This document shows, piece after piece, positions 6,624-13,690 of a stretch of DNA of 13,690 nucleotides. The position numbers and the translations under genes were made by a program. This stretch comes from Promethearchaeota archaeon (GTDB lineage Archaea > Asgardarchaeota > Lokiarchaeia > Sigyniarchaeales > SOKP01). Location of the stretch: contig JBHLOI010000078.1 in the NCBI GenBank assembly GCA_048940645.1, positions 1-13,690 of the forward strand. The letters are read 5' to 3'. Under the pieces are notes generated by a model. That model was not told the DNA's origin, ran no database searches, and saw only the letters and a program-made list of their open reading frames with translations. Each line of letters begins with the position of its first letter. Position 1 is the first letter of the stretch.

Positions 6624-9101
6624 CTAAATCTCTCCAAACCATAATTCAAAAATATCTTTAACTTTTTTATCAATAGCTCTAAAGAAAAGAATAATTTCGT
6701 CTTCTATGTTTTCGCTTATCCCTTTAATTGTACTGGTTTTTAACCCATAAAATTCTGCGAGTTTTTCAACAAAGATTTCATATTCTCTCGGTTCGAGTTC
6801 AGAGAAAGTTTTTCTCATTACTGGCAATATTGCTGTAAATATATCCCATTCGATGTTTTCTACAACTTCTGAAAGTAATGCGACAATATCTTTATTAAAT
6901 AGAATTTTTGCTTGACACACATAAATTATGCCCCGAATTAAATCTCCAATTCTTACTTTTATAGCCTCTATACTATTGAGGTACTCAAGAATAACTATTT
7001 TGATATCAGAAAGGCTTAATTTATTCATAAGATACAGAATCCCTAAATTTCCACCCTTAATAAATTCATTATCTGTACTACTTATACATATTTTAATACT
7101 TTCAATGAAGGCATTTAAATCAAGATTAATTTCTAATAATGAATTTAATGCATTTGCGAGCTTTTTTGTTGCTTGAATATATTTCTCTTCATCTTGAGTT
7201 GGCGGGTTTGCATAGTTTGGGATAGAATAACAGCATTTATAATAGCAACGGTGAATAATTTTAGTTATAAGAGATAAATTATCTTTTTGCCCCCCCATCA
7301 TTGACAAATATTGGTAAATCATAAATAAATTCAAAAACCCCTGAGATAAGCTCAAATATTCATTATCTATTTCAATTGAATTAAGACATTCAGTATATAA
7401 TCTTTTAAATTGATTTGTAAATCCCATTAATAGACTTTGGAATAATAAGTTTGAAACTTTATTGAAATCTTTAAGATTTTTTTTTGCTTCTTCTATCAAT
7501 TTATTGTAACTAGCCTCTTCGACAGTGGAGCCATAAGCACTTAATTCCACGAGTTTAACATCAATTGAAGGGGTCCAATATAAACTCCATACTTCTGTAA
7601 ATATCCCTGTTTTCCCTTTAAAGATATCTGGTCCATAAACTCTTTCTAAGAAATCTATTGCCAAAAATTTTATTCTCCAAAAAAAATACGATGTCTTTAT
7701 ATCCGTTTCTTTACGAAGATTTAAACTATGATCTTTCTTTTTCTCCTCAAGACTTATTCCAAGCGATTCCAATTGAAAATAAAAATCTTCTTGAAGAGGT
7801 AATCTGCCAATTTTTTTGGTTATTTTTCCTACTTTATACCCAATTGTTTTACTATAAATGTAATCTTCCAAATACTTCCCATCAATTTGTGGATTACCTT
7901 TAATAAGAATCATGTGAATAGCATCTATGATATCTTTAAGGCCAGGTTCAATTCGTCGTCTTAACATAGCTAGCATCTTAGCACCTTGAAAAGCGTTAAT
8001 TGAATCTGAAATAGAAACGACGTATCCATCTTGGCGAGCATTTTTAAAAATATCTGTTATTATCTCTAATGCAACAACTTCATAGGGATTTTTAATTTCC
8101 ATTTTTAGTTTATCCCAGATATTTTCATAAAATTGCGGGGCTTGATTTCCAGAAAGGTAACCCGATTTATTAGATAATCTAAAATAAGAAAATGGGATTA
8201 ATGAGTTGATTAAGCCTTTAATAGGATATTTGGTATCTTTTGATGGAGTATCTGGGAGTACAACTGAATGGATTCCGCCAGTTATTACTAGAGTGTCTTT
8301 TTCTTTAACATCATGCTTTTTTATGTAATTTTCAATCTGATATTTCATATAAGATTCTCTTTCCAAAGTACCATCAGCGTTTAATAATTTTCTATCGATT
8401 GTTTGACGTACACATGAACAAAATAGTAATATACTCTCTCTTAACTGATTAATTTCGGATTTTGGAGCACTTATTTCAAATAGAGTTTCCCAAGTTTCAT
8501 TAAAACTATCAAATTCGAATATTTGAGTTATTTTTTGATAAAAAGTACTAAGAAAATATATTGATTCTTGGTGAGCTATATGAGAACTCAAATTCTTACT
8601 TTCACTCGATTCAGATAAAAAGGATAATAATCCAGTTAGGGGTAAATCTATAAAATGAACGGGTATTTTACGAGAAATACACTCAGTAAGAGCGACGAGT
8701 TCAGGAGAATAAGAAAGATATGGATAAAAAATTTCAAATTTTACAGGAATAGATGGATCTGGACTTAAAATGCCATTTAAACCAAAATCGTTATTAATAT
8801 CTGCAAATATTGACAAAATCGCTATAGGAGGGAAAGTGTCAGCTGCCACAATATATTGAAATAGATTTTCAATAAGTGAAGGTCCCTCTATTAAAACTAA
8901 TTTTGGTTTGAATTTCTCAATCCATTTTTTAACTAGAATCGTTGAACTTGGTGAGTGGTGGCGGATAGGTAAATATTTAATATTAGAGCGTTTTACTTTT
9001 GATATTTGATTATGAATTAGTTTTATATTTAATCCCAAAGAATTACATACTTCAAATAATATATTTTCCAGACTTTTTACATCTAGACTGTTAAAAATCA
9101 T
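6624..9101 (-). CDS. YehM-like / DUF5682 family protein
   Basis: Motifs IRHHSP, VLIEGP, YSPE, FIDLP, RESYM, VITGGIH and PFSYFRLS..SGY.SG..AP, followed by a long helical C-terminus. It occupies the canonical position between the AAA and VWA genes. ATG at 9101 follows GAGGA (the ORF track starts at TTG 9104). Confidence 0.88.
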   Translation of the reverse strand: MIFNSLDVKSLENILFEVCNSLGLNIKLIHNQISKVKRSNIKYLPIRHHSPSSTILVKKWIEKFKPKLVLIEGPSLIENLFQYIVAADTFPPIAILSIFADINNDFGLNGILSPDPSIPVKFEIFYPYLSYSPELVALTECISRKIPVHFIDLPLTGLLSFLSESSESKNLSSHIAHQESIYFLSTFYQKITQIFEFDSFNETWETLFEISAPKSEINQLRESILLFCSCVRQTIDRKLLNADGTLERESYMKYQIENYIKKHDVKEKDTLVITGGIHSVVLPDTPSKDTKYPIKGLINSLIPFSYFRLSNKSGYLSGNQAPQFYENIWDKLKMEIKNPYEVVALEIITDIFKNARQDGYVVSISDSINAFQGAKMLAMLRRRIEPGLKDIIDAIHMILIKGNPQIDGKYLEDYIYSKTIGYKVGKITKKIGRLPLQEDFYFQLESLGISLEEKKKDHSLNLRKETDIKTSYFFWRIKFLAIDFLERVYGPDIFKGKTGIFTEVWSLYWTPSIDVKLVELSAYGSTVEEASYNKLIEEAKKNLKDFNKVSNLLFQSLLMGFTNQFKRLYTECLNSIEIDNEYLSLSQGFLNLFMIYQYLSMMGGQKDNLSLITKIIHRCYYKCCYSIPNYANPPTQDEEKYIQATKKLANALNSLLEINLDLNAFIESIKICISSTDNEFIKGGNLGILYLMNKLSLSDIKIVILEYLNSIEAIKVRIGDLIRGIIYVCQAKILFNKDIVALLSEVVENIEWDIFTAILPVMRKTFSELEPREYEIFVEKLAEFYGLKTSTIKGISENIEDEIILFFRAIDKKVKDIFELWFGEI

Positions 9102-9120
9102 CAATATTCCTCTTCTTTTC

Positions 9121-10401
9121 TCAATACACTATTTTACGAAATGCGTTATCAAATTCTTTCCAAGTAGTATTTTGAGAACTACGTGTTCGAACCACCATGT
9201 TAAAATACTCCTTTAATTTTGGGAGATTCTCCTTATCATCCTTTACAACTGAATCAAGCATATTTAACGCTATATGTTTTGGTTCAACTTTTTCATCTCC
9301 AAAAAATTTGGCATAAATCGCACTATCCAATAATAATGAAATTTCTTCTGAAGTTGACATTACAGTAGATATTGGAGTAAAACGACCGCCCTTTATACTT
9401 CTCCCAGTTCTTAGTTCATGGAAAACTGTGACCAAAAGATCTAATGTATCTTCTGGAATTTGAATTTTAAATCCAATATTAGAAAGCAAATCATTTGTTC
9501 TTTGCATAACTATTTTCCTCTCTAATGATTTTTCTTGAATTACAGGAATATAGATAAAATTAAATCGACGTTTTAAAGCAGCGCTCATTTCATTTACGCC
9601 TCTGTCTCTATCGTTAGCAGTAGCAATTACATTGAAACCTGGAACTGCGTAGATTAAATATTGTGCCCCCAATTCAGGAATAGGAATAACTTTTTCGGAT
9701 AGAATTGATATCATGCTATCTTGAATTTCTTGTGGACAACGAGTTAATTCTTCAAATCTAAGGATTTTACCTTCCTTCATAGCGTTAATTGTTGGTGAAG
9801 GTACTAGCGATTCTGGGCTAGGCCCCTCTGAAACTAAAAGCGCATAGTTCCATGAATATCTAATTTGATCCTCAGTGGTTCCTGCTGTTCCTTGTATTAA
9901 ATAAGTGCTTCTACCACATATTGCTGCTGAAACATGCTCTGAAAGCCATGATTTTGCTGTCCCGGGTTCTCCAATCAACATTAATGCTCTCTCACTTGCC
10001 AAGGTTACAATTGCCTTTTGAATCAAATTGCGATCCCCAAAAAATTTCGTAGTAATTTTCACTTTTTTTTGACTACTATTTTCTTTTAAAAGAAATTGTT
10101 CATCGGAGCCCGTAATAAACAATTCGACCATTTTTGGTGATAATTGCCAATTTGGTGGTTTTGGGTAAGTATCATTCTGTATTAAAGCCTTTAATTCCTC
10201 AAAATATAATTCTTCTGCTGGAAATCTTATTTTCACATCTTTTTTTTTTTCTTGCTTTGTATCCTTTCCTAAAATGATGTTAGTAACTTTTTTAACTTTA
10301 GGAACCTCTATGTGTTTTGAAACTGAATGCTTGGTTGGAGATTTTTTTTGAGTAGTTTTAGCAGAAGCATTTTTACTTAGTGGAACTTTCTTTTTTGCCA
10401 T
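9121..10401 (-). CDS. MoxR-family AAA+ ATPase, YehL subfamily
   Basis: PPNWQLSP, Walker A GEPGTAKSWLSEH, QGTAGTTEDQIRYSWNYALL, Walker B RFEELTRC, and sensor/Arg finger ATANDRDRGVNEMSAALKRRFNF. The start is either ATG 10401 or GTG 10410. Confidence 0.94.
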   Translation of the reverse strand: MAKKKVPLSKNASAKTTQKKSPTKHSVSKHIEVPKVKKVTNIILGKDTKQEKKKDVKIRFPAEELYFEELKALIQNDTYPKPPNWQLSPKMVELFITGSDEQFLLKENSSQKKVKITTKFFGDRNLIQKAIVTLASERALMLIGEPGTAKSWLSEHVSAAICGRSTYLIQGTAGTTEDQIRYSWNYALLVSEGPSPESLVPSPTINAMKEGKILRFEELTRCPQEIQDSMISILSEKVIPIPELGAQYLIYAVPGFNVIATANDRDRGVNEMSAALKRRFNFIYIPVIQEKSLERKIVMQRTNDLLSNIGFKIQIPEDTLDLLVTVFHELRTGRSIKGGRFTPISTVMSTSEEISLLLDSAIYAKFFGDEKVEPKHIALNMLDSVVKDDKENLPKLKEYFNMVVRTRSSQNTTWKEFDNAFRKIVY

Positions 10402-10429
10402 TTTCTTCACTTCTTATTAGAATTTAATT

Positions 10430-11569
10430 TTATTTTATTTTATACACTTTTTTTAAAAATTCTCTATTATCAAGGGAATGAACTTCTGAAATTGTTGGAA
10501 ATTCCAATTTATTATTTTTTACTATACTGATAGGGAATAAGCCAAGTTGTCCTCTTTCTATAATTAATTTACAAAATAATCCATCAATTAAGTTTTTCTT
10601 TTTAACTATGGCATTAAAAACTTTAATTAAATTTTGATTTCCCGTCTTCTTTGGGAGTCTAATTGATAAAGGATATTCTTTCTCATGGTTTATGGTGAAA
10701 ACATGAACAGGAATCCTTATTTTATCATCTTCTTCTAAATAAGTTGAGGTGATATCTACATCTTTTACATATAAATAATCCAAAGAATTTGTGGGTAGAT
10801 CGAAAGGAGTTACTTCATAGTCTTTAGTAAGTTTTTTATATATATCATTTGAGTTTAAATAAAACTTCCTTAATTTTAATATGGAAAAAATATCATCAGA
10901 AGTTTCCCCAATAAACACTTTAGATTCTGGATTTTTTTCCAAAAAAATATTTTTTTCTTTAATCGCACATGGAATATTTTCCAATTCAATAAAATTTGAT
11001 AAAATTTTTCCGATAATAGAAGGTGGTTCAGAGTTAGGCAATGATCGTTGTAAAAAGAACTCAGGGTTGATCCCTTCTTGATACGGAGACATTAAATTCC
11101 ATTTTAATACGGAACTCCTTGTTTTTCCAAATATTGAAAGGAAATAAAACACGAATCCCATCATCACACCCTCTAAAATAACTTTTTCAACTCCAATTAA
11201 CTGTAATATAAGTTTATTAATTATTTTCGTTTCAGATGTAGCACCCTTTAAATTATTATAAAAATCTATATCATTTTTTTTAGTTTGAGCATAGGCTATG
11301 AACGCACGACTTTGGAGCCAACAGTTACTCAGGAAAAATATGTATCGTTCAATATTAAAAGCAGGGTTATTATCTAAGAACCTCATAAGTTCAACATGTA
11401 AATATCTAAGTGATGTTGCTAATCTAAATAATTTTAATTGAGATGTATGTTGTAAAAAGAATTCTATTTCTCTAATGCTTTCAGGATTAACGAAATTTAG
11501 CCCATTATAAGTTAAGGTTTCGGTAAAGTTCTTTATTTGTTCAGAAACCTTTTCTAATTGAATATTCAT
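10430..11569 (-). CDS. Hypothetical protein with an N-terminal helical bundle; resembles non-SWIM parts of YehQ-like proteins
   Basis: 379-aa ORF within the operon, with an ATGA overlap with the upstream gene. NGL...LKLFRLATSLRYL recalls YehQ-type helical segments (from memory, not searched). Confidence 0.7.
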   Translation of the reverse strand: MNIQLEKVSEQIKNFTETLTYNGLNFVNPESIREIEFFLQHTSQLKLFRLATSLRYLHVELMRFLDNNPAFNIERYIFFLSNCWLQSRAFIAYAQTKKNDIDFYNNLKGATSETKIINKLILQLIGVEKVILEGVMMGFVFYFLSIFGKTRSSVLKWNLMSPYQEGINPEFFLQRSLPNSEPPSIIGKILSNFIELENIPCAIKEKNIFLEKNPESKVFIGETSDDIFSILKLRKFYLNSNDIYKKLTKDYEVTPFDLPTNSLDYLYVKDVDITSTYLEEDDKIRIPVHVFTINHEKEYPLSIRLPKKTGNQNLIKVFNAIVKKKNLIDGLFCKLIIERGQLGLFPISIVKNNKLEFPTISEVHSLDNREFLKKVYKIK

Positions 11570-11910
11570 TTTTCTTCTTTTTTTAATAAATTATTCTTTA
11601 TACATTCAAGTGTAGTAATTCTCTCAAACATTCTTATAATCGTTATAATTTGTAATATGTTTTTTGCTAGTTCCTTTTTCAATTCTTTAGACATTTCACC
11701 ACGCAATAGCAAATCCATTTTTGTTAAAAATGATTCTAAATGTTGATTCAATGTATTTAGATGCATTTTTTCCAATTTTTGTATTAATTTAGCTAAATCA
11801 TGGTAATTTTCTCTACTGAAAGTTAAAATTCCATTAACTATAATTTCATTCAAATATGGCTTTATTGTATTAAAGATGGAGAATATTTCTTCTGCATCAT
11901 AGAGTACCAT
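11566..11910 (-). CDS. Small helical hypothetical protein
   Basis: 114-aa ORF with a GAGAGGT SD, translationally coupled to the downstream gene, amphipathic helical pattern. Confidence 0.75.
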   Translation of the reverse strand: MVLYDAEEIFSIFNTIKPYLNEIIVNGILTFSRENYHDLAKLIQKLEKMHLNTLNQHLESFLTKMDLLLRGEMSKELKKELAKNILQIITIIRMFERITTLECIKNNLLKKEEK

Positions 11911-11932
11911 TTACGAAAACCTCTCTATTTCT

Positions 11933-11986
11933 TTAAAATGCCATAAAATCTTCAGGTAATATTTCAATTGGGCGCCATTCAATTTT
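11933..11986 (-). repeat. Copy 2 of the diverged 54-bp coding repeat (SWIM-like protein tail)
   Basis: Minus strand reads aaaattgaatggcgccca...cctgaagattttatggcattttaa. Confidence 0.8.
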
Positions 11987-12427
11987 TCCTTCGAGTGCAT
12001 TCTCATATCTAACAAAAATAGCTGTGGCCTGTGGTTTATTTAACTTTGGTTTTATTCCTTTGGTATTGTCAACCCATTTAATCAATTCATTAACTGTGCC
12101 TTGATTTGACTTTACTGTGGCAATTAAAGCCAATATTATATGTTTACAGATCTTCCCTCTAAGGCCACCGCAAGGATAAAGATTTTGAGTACCACAGAAA
12201 AAGCTTCCATCATTATTAAGCAATATTGCATACTCCAGTTTATCAGGATGTGTTTGTGATTTAACTATTGCGCGAAGCGATTCGCTATCTTTATCAATAT
12301 AAAGTAGATTTGACTCTTTTTTAAACATCCTAATAGCTTTAGTAATCCTTGGAGGTATTGTCTCATCTCTTATTGTAAATTTTATTTTATCCACAAACTG
12401 TAATATTTTATTATCAACTAGACTCAT
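11933..12427 (-). CDS. SWIM-like zinc-finger protein with C-terminal WRP-x4-PED-x-MAF tail
   Basis: A beta-rich segment (LRAIVKSQ...YAILL...FFC) precedes CGTQNLYPCGGLRGKICKHIILAL (C-x7-C-x7-C-x-H). First gene of the MoxR operon. Confidence 0.8.
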   Translation of the reverse strand: MSLVDNKILQFVDKIKFTIRDETIPPRITKAIRMFKKESNLLYIDKDSESLRAIVKSQTHPDKLEYAILLNNDGSFFCGTQNLYPCGGLRGKICKHIILALIATVKSNQGTVNELIKWVDNTKGIKPKLNKPQATAIFVRYENALEGKIEWRPIEILPEDFMAF

Positions 12428-12665
12428 GACTTATTATCCCTAGATTTTTCTTCCGTTAAACATAAATCAAATTTTACTAATTTAAACTATCAATTTTTTT
12501 CATCTATTTAAATGCGTTATCAAAAGAATGAGAAAAATAGTATTTTTTGGAGTTTTATAGAATATAGAGATAGGAATCAAAAATTGAACCTAATTGGATA
12601 GTTTTTTTAGCTTCAAAATAGTACTATTAACTATAAGTATTGATAATATAAGAGTGATTAAAAAA
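12428..12665. promoter_or_regulatory. Divergent promoter region between the MoxR operon and the flavoprotein gene
   Basis: AT-rich gap between divergent starts, with TTTAAA/TTTATA elements and two short palindromes. Confidence 0.5.
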
Positions 12666-13688
12666 ATGATCAAAACACGAATAACAGAAATGTTTGGAAT
12701 AAAGTATCCAATAATAAGTGCACCGATGGGTCCCTTTTATACAACTGAGTTATCTGTCGCTGTTTCAGAAGCAGGTGGACTTGGAGTTGTAAGTCATGCT
12801 ACGTTGAGGGGAAAAAATTCTCTCCAAGATATGAAACAACAATTAGAATATGTGATTGAACATACTGATAAACCTTTCGGTGTAAATGTTCGTACTGCCC
12901 GGATTCAAACTGATCATAAAATAATGTTAAGAAAAATTACCCAATGGTGTAAAGAGAACTCTAAATTACGAGAACAATTAGTATATATTTTAACAAGTGC
13001 CGGAAGTCCTCGTTTCGCAAGTCAATTATTAAAACAGAAGGCTCCTCAAATAAAACATTTTCATGTAGGGCCAGCGTTGTGGTTGATTGATAAAATTGTT
13101 GGTTCTGGATGCGATGGAATTGTTGCTACGGGTACAGAAGGTGGTGGACATCAAAGTTATGAAGGGATTAGTACTCTTGTTCTAGTTCAACAAGCAGTAA
13201 TAAAATATCCAGATAAACCTGTAATAGCATGTGGTGGTATTTCAAGCCCAGAAGGTGTAGCTTCTGGATTAGCTATGGGTGCTGATGCCATTGCTATGGG
13301 TACCAGGTTTATTGCTTCAAATGAAAGCGAGTTTCATCCTAATTATAAAGCTCTTATCCCTCCAGCGACTGCTCGGGATACATTACTAACTACAGGAGGT
13401 TTTGGACCAATACGATTATTAAAAAATAAATATTCTTTGGAACATGGAGAAATTATGACAAAAGAACAAAAGGTCTCCCAAGAACTAGCTTATGATATGG
13501 ATGAATATTTGAAGGATCTTTATGCATATGAAATTGTATATACTAAAGGAGATGTAGAGAATGGAGCAATACCAGTAGGTCAAACGTGTGGATTAATTGA
13601 TTCTATAATGGATGTAGATGACATTATTACTAGTTTTTCAAATGGAGCTGAAAAAATATTAAAAGATTTATGTTCTAAAATTTTATAA
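12666..13688 (+). CDS. Nitronate monooxygenase / FabK-like FMN-dependent oxidoreductase (2-nitropropane dioxygenase family)
   Basis: Family N-terminus MIKTRITEMFGIKYPIISAPMG, then AVSEAGGLG, KPFGVN, EGGGH (catalytic His), PVIACGGI, GADAIAMGTRF and PVGQTCGLI. The start is placed at ATG 12666 (GAGTGA SD) rather than TTG 12594. Confidence 0.93.
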   Translation: MIKTRITEMFGIKYPIISAPMGPFYTTELSVAVSEAGGLGVVSHATLRGKNSLQDMKQQLEYVIEHTDKPFGVNVRTARIQTDHKIMLRKITQWCKENSKLREQLVYILTSAGSPRFASQLLKQKAPQIKHFHVGPALWLIDKIVGSGCDGIVATGTEGGGHQSYEGISTLVLVQQAVIKYPDKPVIACGGISSPEGVASGLAMGADAIAMGTRFIASNESEFHPNYKALIPPATARDTLLTTGGFGPIRLLKNKYSLEHGEIMTKEQKVSQELAYDMDEYLKDLYAYEIVYTKGDVENGAIPVGQTCGLIDSIMDVDDIITSFSNGAEKILKDLCSKIL

Positions 13689-13690
13689 TC

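Noticed and set aside
6928-7903. 82-aa and 81-aa + strand ORFs
   Set aside because: Both lie fully antisense within DUF5682, with no recognisable features.
10240-10250. A11 run (coding strand) in the 5' part of the ATPase as a phase-variation site
   Set aside because: The frame is intact (EKKKD), long A/T runs are common throughout the window, and there is no read evidence.
10881-11746. 66-aa and 62-aa + strand ORFs
   Set aside because: Antisense shadows of operon genes.
9139-12524. Exact 15-bp direct repeat AAATGCGTTATCAAA at 9139..9153 and 12510..12524
   Set aside because: A rough estimate gives about one such match by chance in 13.7 kb at this AT content. One copy is inside a CDS and the pair does not bound a sensible unit.
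12594-12665. 24-aa N-terminal extension of the NMO ORF from TTG 12594
   Set aside because: The family N-terminus and an SD-like GAGTGA support ATG 12666.
1-13690. CRISPR arrays, tRNA/rRNA genes, transposases, integrases
   Set aside because: None recognised. Intergenic gaps are short, AT-rich and lack periodic repeats or GC-rich structured segments.

Overview
AT-rich prokaryotic window. GGTGA/GGAGGTGA Shine-Dalgarno sites, T-tract terminators and the gene content suggest an archaeon, possibly Asgard/Lokiarchaeia-like (inference only). From left to right: (1) a polar amino-acid ABC transporter operon on the minus strand (substrate-binding protein, permease with an extra N-terminal membrane region, ATPase cut by the window edge); (2) a thiolase-like / DUF35 (Zn-ribbon + OB-fold) / SCP2 lipid operon on the minus strand; (3) a ~7.7 kb accessory block with a plus-strand HIRAN gene converging on a six-gene minus-strand operon (SWIM-like Zn finger, two related helical proteins, YehL-type MoxR AAA+ ATPase, YehM/DUF5682, YehP-type VWA protein); (4) a nitronate monooxygenase/FabK-family flavoprotein on the plus strand. 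The main observation is that the two otherwise unrelated proteins bracketing the MoxR-VWA operon, HIRAN and SWIM-like, end in the same 17-aa tail (EIDWRPVSLIPEDTMAF* vs KIEWRPIEILPEDFMAF*). This suggests a shared C-terminal docking tag that links a DNA-end-sensing domain to a MoxR/VWA machine.
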